A stretch of DNA of 64,000 nt from Bdellovibrio sp. (GTDB taxonomy: Bacteria; Bdellovibrionota; Bdellovibrionia; Bdellovibrionales; Bdellovibrionaceae): NCBI GenBank assembly GCA_036677065.1, contig JAKFBS010000002.1:576001-640000 (forward strand), written 5' to 3'. This document shows positions 9,932-20,444 of the stretch, piece after piece. Made by a program: the position numbers and the translations under genes. The notes beneath the pieces were generated by a model. It worked only from the letters and a program-made list of their open reading frames with translations. It did not search any database and was not told where the DNA came from. The stretch's first letter is position 1. Each line of letters opens with the position of its first letter.

Positions 9932-10389
9932 AGCCCTTTTGCGAAATCTACATTCGTTAAATCGATACTGCAACTTGTAACATTCAAATAAAAATACTTT
10001 TCAACCCACTTATCAGCTTGTGGATCATAGTATTTTTTAAAGCGGCGAAGATAACCAACCCCTGATTCGCGGTGCCACTTCATCATGCCCATACCTTTTT
10101 TACCGTTACGGTATTTCAGCCACTGAATGCCTTCATCTGACCACGGCCAAATATATGATCTAACCATATCAATTTGTGATTCAGTTTGTTCAGTGACTTT
10201 CTGGCAAGACTCGTTGAAGAATTCAAAACTCATTAAGCGGTCATCACCTGTTACATTCGTATTTTGATAAACACTAACAACACCTGGCTGCTTTGATTCT
10301 TCGCTTTGATAGCGACAAGAGCCTAAGTATTCATGAGTGGTTGGGCTTTGAGAAAAACATTGAAACAAGATTGGTAATAAAATATTCAT
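9928..10389 (-). CDS. Hypothetical protein, probably exported
   Basis: 153-aa ORF overlapping the rhomboid stop (ATGA); short hydrophobic N-terminus, Cys pairs. Confidence 0.5.
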   Translation of the reverse strand: MNILLPILFQCFSQSPTTHEYLGSCRYQSEESKQPGVVSVYQNTNVTGDDRLMSFEFFNESCQKVTEQTESQIDMVRSYIWPWSDEGIQWLKYRNGKKGMGMMKWHRESGVGYLRRFKKYYDPQADKWVEKYFYLNVTSCSIDLTNVDFAKGL

Positions 10390-11051
10390 GCATCGAATTC
10401 TAGTTCCTGTTCAACAACTTCTGCAGCTAAAAAGTTTTTTCGATGAAGTGCATAATAAATCAATCCAGTGATGATTCCTAAGCCAAAACCGATCACATGA
10501 CTGATGTAACTAATACCTTCTTTGTACTCTTGCGGCGCGAATAAAACAAAGCTTGAAAGTATACTTACAGCAAAACGTTTACGTAAACTTGATCTGCGAT
10601 CGATTAAGAAAAAAAGTGTTAACCACAGTGAACCCATCCAGTTCACTAATCCCGAAATGCCTAAAAGTTGTGTCTGCATGGGCATCGTCATTAAAGTTAG
10701 AGCATTAATGACTCCACCCAATAAAAATCCCAACATTGGAAAAAGTGAAACGCTAAAATAGCCCGTCAGTAAAAATGCAAACGGCACAAATAAAAATAAA
10801 TTTCCGAAGAGATGTCCAAGGTCACCGTGAGCAAAAAGTGCTGACCATAATCGCCAATACTCTTTTTTTGAAAAGACTAATTCACGTGACGCTGAAAAAC
10901 TTAACTGACTTGAGCTCCAGTCGATAAGACACAGCCCTAAAACCAAGATCAGCAGAAGTCCCGTCACCATAAAGCTAAAGTGCCGTACTTTACGAGTGTA
11001 CCAATTAGCAATTATGCGGGGAGGTTCAACCTTGTAGGCTGCGTTTTCCAT
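10386..11051 (-). CDS. Rhomboid-family intramembrane serine protease
   Basis: EYWRLW..LFAH.D.GH..GN, GISG catalytic Ser, SHVIGF catalytic His. Confidence 0.9.
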   Translation of the reverse strand: MENAAYKVEPPRIIANWYTRKVRHFSFMVTGLLLILVLGLCLIDWSSSQLSFSASRELVFSKKEYWRLWSALFAHGDLGHLFGNLFLFVPFAFLLTGYFSVSLFPMLGFLLGGVINALTLMTMPMQTQLLGISGLVNWMGSLWLTLFFLIDRRSSLRKRFAVSILSSFVLFAPQEYKEGISYISHVIGFGLGIITGLIYYALHRKNFLAAEVVEQELEFDA

Positions 11052-11095
11052 AGTTTAAAGATGAGACGTTTTATACTGTTGGCAAGGCTTGATGT

Positions 11096-11111
11096 TGGCG
11101 CAGGTGTTGCT
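11096..11111 (+). promoter_or_regulatory. sigma54 promoter of the secreted kinase-like gene
   Basis: TGGCGCAGGTGTTGCT, GG-N10-GC; AAGGAG RBS downstream. Confidence 0.7.
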
Positions 11112-11165
11112 TTTATATAAAAGTAACGGCACAGAAGAATTAAAGCCCTACAAGGAGTTACCTCT

Positions 11166-12602
11166 ATGAACGCAAAATTGTCAGTCTCAGCCTTAATAGT
11201 ACTTGTTGTATCTTTACCAGCCTTATGTGGCCAGCCCCGTGGGCAGGTTTTTTCATTTAAAAGCCCCTTAGGACAAACTGAACAATGTATCAATTTAGAT
11301 CATATTCCTGGTGGCACTTTTTCTAAAAAAGATTTAAAAAAAGAATCTGAACTGTGCGCCTTAGATTTTTATGCACCTGCAATTGCTCTATGCCCAAAAA
11401 CTTGGGGCACATCTCCGGCTCTAATTCTTTACCCTAACGATTCTGGAATGCCTGCAGAAAATTTTGAGGCCAAAAACTGTCTTAAAGGTGATGAACCTAA
11501 AGGCACAGAAATTCCTATCGAAAAAATTGCCAAAATTAAATTTTCTATGAACGATGCTTCAACAAGCGCCACTTATTCACGGGCGTCGTTTTTATATTAC
11601 CAGTTAGCACGCTATTTTGATGTGTCAGTAGATGTACCTGTATCAGTTTACCGCTCGATGGATAAAGCGGTTCATTACAATAGAATTACTTCAAAAGTAA
11701 AAGACAACGGCAAAAAAAATGGAGCAGCCTGGAAAATTTTTGCCCAAGCAGAAAAAAATCCTTCCAGCTATAAATTTACTGATGAGTTATTTACTGATGA
11801 TCGTCAGCAAATTTTTGGTGCGCTACTTGATGGTGGCGGCGATAAATACACGACTGACTTTAATGGCCTGCGCAGCAAGTGGGGTTTAGTGCAAACACAG
11901 GAATTTATGAACACGGCGCCGTTTCAGGCCTTACGTTCTGAATTAAATTTACAACAAGCCATCACTCAAGGTGAAAAACTAGCGCGCGCAAATTCTAGAA
12001 TGAACGCAGACTTAGGCAGTGCGCTTTCACCCGCGCAAATGATCACATGGATGAAAGAAATTTCTGAAATTACTTTATTAGACCACTTATCAGGTCAACA
12101 GGACCGCGTCGGCAATATTCATTACAAATGGCACTGGGTTTGGGTGCAAAATGGCCTTGTTGAATCTAAAAAAGCTGATCTCAAAGATCAACCGCGCCCG
12201 AATGTGATTGGTAAAATCAAGCCTCCGGCAGAGCTTGCGGCATTTAACCCGATCTTAATTCAAAAAACTAAAATTGTTGATAATGATGCGGCACTAAAAA
12301 CAAATTATAAAAGTTTTGGTAAAGTGGCTGGGCATTTAGTTTCGTTACGCCATTACAATGCTAAAATTTATCAAAAACTAATGGCACTTGATCGTGATTT
12401 TAAAGCTAAAGGCCCAATCTACAGTTATATGGCAAACACCTTTAACTTATCTACAGCTGAAATTGCGCAGTTGGTAGCAAATACACAAGATGCTGGCAAC
12501 ATCTTAAGATCAACGTGTAAAGCCGGTAAATTGCAATTTGATTTAAAACCAGAAAAATTTATTCTAGGCCAACCAACGACTGACACGGTTTCTTGCGATT
12601 AG
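11166..12602 (+). CDS. Secreted atypical kinase-fold protein, Fam20C/Four-jointed-like
   Basis: Signal peptide; motifs [31 protein letters not shown] and IVDND in the order of the Fam20/FJX1 catalytic motifs. Confidence 0.6.
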   Translation: MNAKLSVSALIVLVVSLPALCGQPRGQVFSFKSPLGQTEQCINLDHIPGGTFSKKDLKKESELCALDFYAPAIALCPKTWGTSPALILYPNDSGMPAENFEAKNCLKGDEPKGTEIPIEKIAKIKFSMNDASTSATYSRASFLYYQLARYFDVSVDVPVSVYRSMDKAVHYNRITSKVKDNGKKNGAAWKIFAQAEKNPSSYKFTDELFTDDRQQIFGALLDGGGDKYTTDFNGLRSKWGLVQTQEFMNTAPFQALRSELNLQQAITQGEKLARANSRMNADLGSALSPAQMITWMKEISEITLLDHLSGQQDRVGNIHYKWHWVWVQNGLVESKKADLKDQPRPNVIGKIKPPAELAAFNPILIQKTKIVDNDAALKTNYKSFGKVAGHLVSLRHYNAKIYQKLMALDRDFKAKGPIYSYMANTFNLSTAEIAQLVANTQDAGNILRSTCKAGKLQFDLKPEKFILGQPTTDTVSCD

Positions 12603-12645
12603 GCCAAGACTTGACTTAAGCGGGCCTAGCAAGCCACGCTTAGTT

Positions 12646-14112
12646 ATGAGCGATTTTTATCAAAACGGACCAGAACTTTCGAACACATTTACCTCTGATA
12701 ATTACTTAAAAACATTTTTCGAAAAAAATGTTCCCAAAGAGTATCATAAATCTATTTTTGAACATTTAACTCATGTGGGGAACGAAGCCAGCAGCACTTG
12801 GCTTGAGTGGGCTGCAAATGCAGAAAGTCATCCGCCAAAACATGTGCCCTATTCGCCTTGGGGTAAACGCATTGATGTGATTGAAACTTCTGACGGCTGG
12901 AAAAATTTAGAAAAAGCCGCAGCCACCGAAGGTATCGTAGCGACAGCATTTGAGCGTAAACAAAAAGAATTTTCGCGCTATTACCAGATGGCTTTATTAT
13001 ACCTTTATTCACCTTCGAGTGCTTTTTATTCTTGTCCGCTGGCGATGACTGATGGCGCAGCCCGTGCACTTGAACTGTATGGTGATCCGGATTTAAAAGA
13101 TAAAGCTTTTAAAAATTTAACTTCACGTGACCCGAAAACTTTTTGGACCTCAGGCCAATGGATGACCGAACGCACTGGTGGCTCTGATGTCAGTATGACC
13201 AGCACTGTCGCTAAAAAACTGGATGCGAAAAACTTTACCTTATCAGGAACCAAGTGGTTCACATCGGCTACAACTTCACAAATGACTTTAACTTTAGCCC
13301 GCCCTGAAGGTGCCGCTGAAGGCAATAAAGGTTTATCACTATTTTACTTAGAATTACGTGACCAGAAAAATCAGTTAAATAATATCGAAGTGCACAGACT
13401 AAAAGATAAACTTGGAACCAAAGCCCTACCGACGGCTGAATTAACATTGCACGCAACTCCGGCGCGCCTTATTGGCGGTGAAGGTGACGGCGTAAAAAAA
13501 ATTGCCAGCGTTTTAAATATCACGCGCGTTTACAATTCAATCTGTGCGCTTGGCCATTCACGCCGTGCCCTAGATTTAGCGTGGGATTACGCGAAAAAAC
13601 GCAAAGCTTTTGGCGCAGCTATTATTGATCACCCGTTACATAAATTAACTTTGCAGCGTTTAGAAGATGATTTTAAAAAATGTTTTGATCTGACATTTTT
13701 TGTTGTTGGCTTATTAGGTAAAGAAGAATGTGGCACAGCTACTGAGTTAGATAAAAAATTATTACGTGCTCTGACTCCGATCTTAAAACTATATACCGCT
13801 AAAAAATCGATTCTGATTTCAAGTGAGGTTTTAGAGTCTTTTGGCGGAGCCGGATATATCGAAGACACAGGACTTCCGCGCTTGCTGCGTGATGCCCAGG
13901 TGTTTGCCATCTGGGAAGGTACGACAAATGTGCTTGCGATGGATTTCTTACGCGTTTGCGAAAAAGAAGACGGTGTTGCAGCTTTAGGTGAATTTTTGAA
14001 GAAAAAAGGTTCAACTAAAGTCGGACTTTTAATGGATCCAAAATGGAAAGACACGGCTAATGCGCGCGATTTAGTTTTTTTAGTCGCAGAGCTGGTGGCC
14101 GAAGTTTTATAA
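12646..14112 (+). CDS. Acyl-CoA dehydrogenase, AidB-like
   Basis: [54 protein letters not shown]. Confidence 0.9.
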   Translation: MSDFYQNGPELSNTFTSDNYLKTFFEKNVPKEYHKSIFEHLTHVGNEASSTWLEWAANAESHPPKHVPYSPWGKRIDVIETSDGWKNLEKAAATEGIVATAFERKQKEFSRYYQMALLYLYSPSSAFYSCPLAMTDGAARALELYGDPDLKDKAFKNLTSRDPKTFWTSGQWMTERTGGSDVSMTSTVAKKLDAKNFTLSGTKWFTSATTSQMTLTLARPEGAAEGNKGLSLFYLELRDQKNQLNNIEVHRLKDKLGTKALPTAELTLHATPARLIGGEGDGVKKIASVLNITRVYNSICALGHSRRALDLAWDYAKKRKAFGAAIIDHPLHKLTLQRLEDDFKKCFDLTFFVVGLLGKEECGTATELDKKLLRALTPILKLYTAKKSILISSEVLESFGGAGYIEDTGLPRLLRDAQVFAIWEGTTNVLAMDFLRVCEKEDGVAALGEFLKKKGSTKVGLLMDPKWKDTANARDLVFLVAELVAEVL

Positions 14113-14113
14113 A

Positions 14114-15151
14114 TTAATCAATCACAAGCACAATTTTACCCACGGTTGTGCCTGATTCAAGTGCTTTGTGCGCTAAGCCCACTTCACTAAATTTAAACGT
14201 TGTGGTTTTAAGCGGTTTAATTTTTTTCTCGAGAGCTAAGCGCATAAGATCAGTCATGGCTTCGATAGCTAAATCTTGGCGCGCAAATAAGAACGATAAA
14301 TTAAATCCAATCACCGCTTTATTATCAGTGATTAATTGCAGCGGGCTAAACCGCGGCGATTTGATTAATCCAACTAAGGCTTTGAAATAATTAACTCGTC
14401 CAGAGCCGGCTTTGGGCATCAATGAATGAGCACCGTAAGTTATAATTTTTCCGACCGCACGCAAATGGTTGTAACCATCTTTTAGTGTCGTGTACCCGTT
14501 CGCATCAAAAATAACGTCATAACCATCAGGACAAACTTTTTTCGCCTCAATCCACAAATCTTGGTTAGATTTATCGATGACAAAATCAGCGCCAAGATTT
14601 TTCACATCCTGAACTTTATGCGAAGACCCCACGACACCTGTCACTTTGAAGCTAAAAGCTTTTGCGAGTTGCACCAGCGCTGAACCTACCCCGCCGGCTG
14701 CTGAATGCACTAACACGTGCGAACCTGGATATATTTTTACTAGTTGAAAAAGGGCATGATAAGCCGTAAAAAAAACTGTCGGAAAACCAGCGGCCTCGAT
14801 TAAAGAAAATCCGGCTGGTATGTGAAACAATTGATTTTCTTTCACTTTAACTTCTGAAGCGTAAGCGTTGAATAAAGTGATGCCGACGACTTCATCACCG
14901 ACTTTAAAACGGGATACATTCTTACCTATTGATTTAACAATACCAGAAAATTCAAACCCAGGTGTTATTGGCCAGCCAACATATTTTTTTGCCGATTCAT
15001 AAACACCAAAACGAACCAAGCAATCCGCATAATTCACACCAACAGCTTTCACATCGACGATGATTGAATTATCGCTTAGTGATAAATCCGGAAAATTTTG
15101 AATCATTAATTTGTCGTAACCACCAGGACTTGGAATAACTACTTTTTTCAA
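14114..15151 (-). CDS. MDR-family NADPH:quinone oxidoreductase (VAT-1-like)
   Basis: GVNYAD, PGFEFSG, VHSAAGGVG, terminal GKIVL. Confidence 0.88.
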   Translation of the reverse strand: MKKVVIPSPGGYDKLMIQNFPDLSLSDNSIIVDVKAVGVNYADCLVRFGVYESAKKYVGWPITPGFEFSGIVKSIGKNVSRFKVGDEVVGITLFNAYASEVKVKENQLFHIPAGFSLIEAAGFPTVFFTAYHALFQLVKIYPGSHVLVHSAAGGVGSALVQLAKAFSFKVTGVVGSSHKVQDVKNLGADFVIDKSNQDLWIEAKKVCPDGYDVIFDANGYTTLKDGYNHLRAVGKIITYGAHSLMPKAGSGRVNYFKALVGLIKSPRFSPLQLITDNKAVIGFNLSFLFARQDLAIEAMTDLMRLALEKKIKPLKTTTFKFSEVGLAHKALESGTTVGKIVLVID

Positions 15152-15153
15152 TT

Positions 15154-15672
15154 TTAAAACGCAATCCAGATAACAAAATAAGGATCAATGCGATCATCAA
15201 TGTATGCAGGATCTAAATCGATGCCATTCACTTTAGTGTATTTAAAAGTTTTTTTACTTAACTGTGGTGCGATTGAAATTTTATCTAAGGCGAAACGAAA
15301 ACCAACATCTAATTGGGTGCCTGTTCCTTCAAACCCCCCAGTCATTGTCGGATTAATAAAGTATGTTCCTAAAAAGTAAAACCCTTGGGTTTTGCTTTTC
15401 ATGTAACCTACCGTTGGACCAATGCCTGTTCGACTTAAAGTTTGCGTAGACTGATCGTATTTTTCAGAACCATACATGCCGCCTAAAGAAAATCCATTAT
15501 TAAATAAGTGCCCGGCTCCGAAATCGATTAAAGTTCGGGAAGTCTCAACGGCTGAACCTTCAGAACCAATTTTATCGCTCATATACATAAAGGCGATGCG
15601 GGTATAACCGCCAGCTAAAGCATTAACTGGAATTAAGAATAACGAGACTAATAATAGATTTTTAAAAGACAT
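15154..15672 (-). CDS. Small outer-membrane beta-barrel protein
   Basis: Signal peptide, alternating beta-strand pattern, C-terminal aromatic residue (WIAF). Confidence 0.7.
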   Translation of the reverse strand: MSFKNLLLVSLFLIPVNALAGGYTRIAFMYMSDKIGSEGSAVETSRTLIDFGAGHLFNNGFSLGGMYGSEKYDQSTQTLSRTGIGPTVGYMKSKTQGFYFLGTYFINPTMTGGFEGTGTQLDVGFRFALDKISIAPQLSKKTFKYTKVNGIDLDPAYIDDRIDPYFVIWIAF

Positions 15673-15691
15673 TTAAAAATTGTATGCAATT

Positions 15692-16426
15692 TTATTTAAT
15701 AAACAAGCTGTAAATAGCCATTAATATCATCACTAGGTTTTCAGCGACTGTAACCCACGATAGCGGAAGGTTAAAACCAGCCCCTAAACACGCACATTGA
15801 ATCTGATTTTTAGCGGTAATAGTTCTGATTACTCCAATAGTCGTAGCACTTAAGACCAAGATAGTTAAAAAATTAGCCCAGATCATACCAAGTCCAGATA
15901 TAAACATCAGCCCTAAAGCTAATTCGATAAAAGGATATAATTTTCCATATCCGCGCAGCGTTTTTGCGATGGGGTCATACTGGGAAAAAGCTGTGCTGAA
16001 AGCTTGCAGATTTAAAAATTTAAAAAAGGATAAGCCAATAAAAAAACCAGCCATCAAATGGCGCATAAAAACAGGGCCAGAAAATTGAGACTGGCTGATT
16101 TGATACGCTAAACTTACAAGTACGATAAAGATAAAAACCACAATCAATGGCTTATAAGTTTTTACAAACGAGTCTTTTATCTGAACGTCTGAAGTATCAT
16201 CACTTTGATTTTCATCGTAGTAATCCGCAGAATACTTTGGCAGGTCTTCTAAAGCCATCCGAAGTTGCAATAATGAAATAGGCTCGACAGAATCGATATC
16301 AATTTTTTTAGTATTAAGATCAACATTGACCGAAGCGACACCAGGCAAATGAGCCACTTTTTGCGTGATTTTTTCTACGCAAGAATTACAAGTCATGCCG
16401 TTAATTTTATAGGTTTGCATCGTCAT
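15692..16426 (-). CDS. HMA-domain/MauE(DoxX) fusion membrane protein
   Basis: N-terminal GMTCNSC metal-binding motif; MauE-like TM region with CACLG and ENL. Confidence 0.85.
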   Translation of the reverse strand: MTMQTYKINGMTCNSCVEKITQKVAHLPGVASVNVDLNTKKIDIDSVEPISLLQLRMALEDLPKYSADYYDENQSDDTSDVQIKDSFVKTYKPLIVVFIFIVLVSLAYQISQSQFSGPVFMRHLMAGFFIGLSFFKFLNLQAFSTAFSQYDPIAKTLRGYGKLYPFIELALGLMFISGLGMIWANFLTILVLSATTIGVIRTITAKNQIQCACLGAGFNLPLSWVTVAENLVMILMAIYSLFIK

Positions 16427-16540
16427 ACCCTAATACTAGGATACATGGATGAAATCTGTGACAAAATAATTTAATTTAAACAGGACATCGTTTTTTACAT
16501 TTGATTGACAAATTATTAGGCGATCTTATACAAGGGCCCT

Positions 16541-17425
16541 ATGTCAGAGCTTGCACCCTATTTACATCAATGGATCGATCGTTTTCTTGTGCCCATTGAT
16601 GATCCGACTTCAAGACTATTTCACTTGAATCTATTATTCTGCGTGGGCTTTGTTTTTTTATGGGCTTTGCTGATCAAAAAAAGAGCCCTAAAAAAAGTGC
16701 TTCGCTGGAATTACGTTCGTTTACTTTTTTTCTCAAAAAACTACTGGTGGAACAAATCCAGCAAAACTGATTATAAAATCTATGTCTTAAATTCGTTATT
16801 AAAAATTTTTATTTTTATTCCTTTTTTAGATGGTACATTTCATATCTCGATGTTTTTGATACATAGGTTACAAGATATTTTTCCTGATCATTCTGCCCTA
16901 GCCGTAACCACACAGAGTCTGTTTATTTTCACACTTGCATTTTTTATTTTCGACGACTTTATTCGTTTTATTCATCACTATTTTATGCATCGTATTCCCT
17001 GGTTATGGAAATTTCACTCCACTCACCATTCAGCAACAACTCTGACGCCAATTACTCTTTATCGCACACACCCCGTTGAGTCTGCCATCGCCACGGTTCG
17101 TAACAGCCTAAGCTTAGGCTTGGCCACGGGTACCTTCGTATTTTTATTTCAATCGCAGCTGACTATGACGACGCTTTTGGGTGTTAATTTTTTTGGTTTT
17201 GCTTTTAACCTGCTTGGAAGCAACTTGCGCCATAGCCATATTGATTTTTCTTTTGGCCGGCTTGAAAGAATTTTTATTAGCCCCAAACAACATCAAATAC
17301 ATCATTCAAATAACCCAATCCACTTTGATAGTAACTTTGGTGTTTCACTTTCTATCTGGGATCAGTGGTTTAAAACATACATCTCGTCTAATACAGTGAA
17401 AAAAATACGCTTTGGCCTAGGCTAA
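16541..17425 (+). CDS. Sterol desaturase/fatty-acid hydroxylase family protein
   Basis: His boxes HHYFMH, HSTHH, HSH and HQIHH; NFG...WD motif; TM helices. Confidence 0.88.
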   Translation: MSELAPYLHQWIDRFLVPIDDPTSRLFHLNLLFCVGFVFLWALLIKKRALKKVLRWNYVRLLFFSKNYWWNKSSKTDYKIYVLNSLLKIFIFIPFLDGTFHISMFLIHRLQDIFPDHSALAVTTQSLFIFTLAFFIFDDFIRFIHHYFMHRIPWLWKFHSTHHSATTLTPITLYRTHPVESAIATVRNSLSLGLATGTFVFLFQSQLTMTTLLGVNFFGFAFNLLGSNLRHSHIDFSFGRLERIFISPKQHQIHHSNNPIHFDSNFGVSLSIWDQWFKTYISSNTVKKIRFGLG

Positions 17426-17557
17426 GTTTCATTTCATTTTCATCTAGCTATCAGAATGCTTTCAAGCACCTGATAAATACAGTTAAAGGTGTCGCTTTTT
17501 ACATTCTGCCTTTATGAGAAGAGCGTCCATTCAAACAACGACTAAACAGGAGACTCT

Positions 17558-18538
17558 ATGAAAAAGGCTTTCTTAATCGCCGCATTACTTTGCACTCAAT
17601 CAGCTTTCGCTGATTTAACAATCTATACTGACCGTGTAACAGCTAACTTACAACCGATTGCCAACGTATTCACAGCTCGCACTGGCGAAAAAGTGACTAT
17701 CGTTGAATTAGCCTACCCAGCATTAAAAGCTCGCATCGAAAGCGAAAAAGAAACTTCTCCTGCTGATTTGATCTTCGTAAAAGATTTAATCTACTTAAAC
17801 GAACTTTCTGATTTAGGTCATTTTAAACCTTTCGCAGCAGATCTTGCAGCTTCAGTTCCAGAACAAATGCGCAGCAGCTCTAATCTTTGGACGGCGATCT
17901 CTTTTCGCGTAAGATCACTAGTTTATAACACGACATCTGTAAATCCGAATGAGATCCAGTCTTACGAAGATTTAGCGACTGATAAATGGGCTGGCCGAGT
18001 TTGCGTAAGATCTGGAAATCACGCTTACAACCAAGCTTTAGTTTCTTCATTTGTTCATAACATGGGTACAGAAAAAACGACTTCATTCTTAACATCTTTA
18101 TTAAGCAATTTATCGGTTGATCCAATGTCTAGTGACCGTGCGGTTATCGATGCAATCGCATCAGGTGTATGTGATGTTGGTTTTGTGAACCACTACTATT
18201 TAGCACCTTATGTTGCTGCCAACCCAGCCTTCGTTGTTAAAATGGCTTTCTTAAACCAAGGTTCAACAGGCGTGCACACAAACGGAGCCGGAATCGGTAT
18301 CTACAAAGCTTCAAAAAACCAGGCTTCAGCTGAGCAATTTATTTCGTTGTTATTAGAAGACCAAACACAATTAGACTGGTCGGCTAATCATTATGACTAC
18401 CCAGCTAAAGCTAACTTAATCCCATCTACTTTAATCAAAGACTGGGGTTTATTTAAAACTGAACAAGCTTCTTGGGAGACTTTAGGAAAAAGCTTACCCG
18501 CTGCTTTAAAAATTATTTCTGATGTTCAGTACAAATAA
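17558..18538 (+). CDS. Fe(III) ABC-type periplasmic binding protein (FutA/FbpA-like)
   Basis: SPADL, YN, GVCDVGFVNHYY iron-ligand Tyr pair; signal peptide; AGGAG RBS. Confidence 0.85.
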   Translation: MKKAFLIAALLCTQSAFADLTIYTDRVTANLQPIANVFTARTGEKVTIVELAYPALKARIESEKETSPADLIFVKDLIYLNELSDLGHFKPFAADLAASVPEQMRSSSNLWTAISFRVRSLVYNTTSVNPNEIQSYEDLATDKWAGRVCVRSGNHAYNQALVSSFVHNMGTEKTTSFLTSLLSNLSVDPMSSDRAVIDAIASGVCDVGFVNHYYLAPYVAANPAFVVKMAFLNQGSTGVHTNGAGIGIYKASKNQASAEQFISLLLEDQTQLDWSANHYDYPAKANLIPSTLIKDWGLFKTEQASWETLGKSLPAALKIISDVQYK

Positions 18539-19121
18539 GTTTAATTTATACATTCTGACTTCTCTAACGGCGCACATAATCTGTGCGTCGTTTTTGCTTT
18601 TGCAAAAAGGCGGTTTTCAGCAAGTAAATAATGATATTACTGAAATGGTGAATATTGTTATTCACCAATCAAGCACACCGTTTACTAATCCACACCGTCC
18701 CGAAAAAGTAAAACCACAACCTGTGATTGCAAACACTGATAAAAATTCAATTGCAACCGAAGAAAAGGCTGTGGCAACAAACACTGCATCTGCGCCATCC
18801 AGCGACGGCGGCCAAATCGGCCGTTTAGCTAAAACTACTGAAGAAATTTACATCGCAGAGCTGAAATACGATCTTGAAAAAAGAAAAAAATATCCTGTTA
18901 TGGCTAAAAAAATGGGTCACACTGGCCGCGTGACTATTAAATTTGTTATCGATCGCAAGGGCGAAATTATTCAAAGCGAAATTTTAGAACCCTCGCAACA
19001 TGTCAGCTTAAATGATTCTGTTAAAAAATTACTCAGTGAAACAAAAAACTTTAAACCCTTGCCTGAAGAAATTCAGCGCGCGACCTGGCAATTTATTTTG
19101 CCCGTCGAATTTAAACTCTAG
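18522..19121 (+). CDS. tonB: TonB energy transducer
   Basis: N-terminal TM with S-L-x-x-H, linker, C-terminal KYP..AKK.G.TG.V.IKFVIDRKG domain. Confidence 0.8.
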   Translation: MFSTNKFNLYILTSLTAHIICASFLLLQKGGFQQVNNDITEMVNIVIHQSSTPFTNPHRPEKVKPQPVIANTDKNSIATEEKAVATNTASAPSSDGGQIGRLAKTTEEIYIAELKYDLEKRKKYPVMAKKMGHTGRVTIKFVIDRKGEIIQSEILEPSQHVSLNDSVKKLLSETKNFKPLPEEIQRATWQFILPVEFKL

Positions 19122-19142
19122 CGATTTACAAAAGGAGATTTT

Positions 19143-20444
19143 ATGCCTGTTAAAAAATCAATGATTATACTGTTAGGGCTAGCACTTACTCTTACCGCTT
19201 GTAGTGATTTTTTTAATAAAAAAACTCACGCCTCACCAATTACGCAAGATCAAAATGCGCAAAATGAAAAACCTGATATTAATCCTTTTCCTGGTGCTTT
19301 TGAAGAACCTACTGTCGGTCAGTTTTCAGAAGAAAAATTACTTCTTAATACCGGCCTGAATGTCATTGCACCGATCACCGAAAACTTTGCTCAAGAAATG
19401 CAGATTTTTTCTCTTCGCCTACAGCAAGCTTGCCGCGCGACAGGAATACTTACACCGGCTCTTGCTCAGCAATGGGAACAGGTCATAATCAGTTTTCACA
19501 AAGTGGATGCCTTAGCACTTGGGCCTATCCTTGAAATCAATCCAGATACAAAGCTGGATATTAAATCAAGACTTTACAGCTGGCCTGTGACAAACTTGTG
19601 CCGTGTCGATAAGGCTGTCTACGACATTTCAATGACTGGTCAAATTTCTGAAGTTTTGCCTTACAACTCAAAAGGCATAGATGCTCTTGAATACCTTCTG
19701 TTTGCCAGCACTGATACAGTAAAATGTAATTTAAAAGCCAATCCACTACTTAAAGACTGGCTAGCATTACCACAAGCCACAAAAATTAAAAATCGCTGTG
19801 ACTTGGCTGCACTATTAGCTTCAGACCTATCTGCATTATCTTTAAATTTAAAAAATAGATGGGATCGCCAAAAAGGCAATTACGCGAAAACCTTAGTGGA
19901 TGGTTCTAAATACGCAAACCACAAAGTAGCTATTAATGAAATTACAAACGCCTTATATGCTTTAGAAACTGTGAAAGATATTCGTCTAGGAGTACCTACT
20001 GGCAAAAATAAAAAAGAATGCACAACTGGCAAATGCCCTGAGCGCTCTGAACATGTTTATTCGAATCAGGCTTTTACTGCTATTCAAGCTCGCCTTGAAA
20101 TATTTAAACTAGGCTTTTTTGGGGGCGCACCTGAATCCCTTAATTCATTTGGTATTGATGATTACTTAAAATCAGCCGGCTATACTGAAATCGCAGAAAA
20201 AATTAATCGTTATATCATTCGCGCTGAAGTTAATTTAGCGGCTCTTAAATCACAGGGTGACTTACAAACTCTTGCGGCTAATATCGACCCAGCCCTTTGC
20301 AGTGTTTCGACTGCAGATAACCGCAGTGAAGAGCTTTGCAGTCTGTATGAAGATATTCGCGCCATCACAACAACTGTGAAAACTGAAGTGCTTGTTGCGC
20401 TATCGCTAAATGCTCCACCGATTTACCAAGGCGATAACGACTAA
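19143..20444 (+). CDS. Imelysin-family lipoprotein
   Basis: Lipobox LTAC; YSWP, KGIDALEYLLF and EHVYS motifs; ends QGDND. Confidence 0.8.
   Translation: MPVKKSMIILLGLALTLTACSDFFNKKTHASPITQDQNAQNEKPDINPFPGAFEEPTVGQFSEEKLLLNTGLNVIAPITENFAQEMQIFSLRLQQACRATGILTPALAQQWEQVIISFHKVDALALGPILEINPDTKLDIKSRLYSWPVTNLCRVDKAVYDISMTGQISEVLPYNSKGIDALEYLLFASTDTVKCNLKANPLLKDWLALPQATKIKNRCDLAALLASDLSALSLNLKNRWDRQKGNYAKTLVDGSKYANHKVAINEITNALYALETVKDIRLGVPTGKNKKECTTGKCPERSEHVYSNQAFTAIQARLEIFKLGFFGGAPESLNSFGIDDYLKSAGYTEIAEKINRYIIRAEVNLAALKSQGDLQTLAANIDPALCSVSTADNRSEELCSLYEDIRAITTTVKTEVLVALSLNAPPIYQGDND

Noticed and set aside
17513..17532. Possible Fur box before the iron-binding protein gene
   Set aside because: Only a weak half-site (ATGAGAA); insufficient symmetry.
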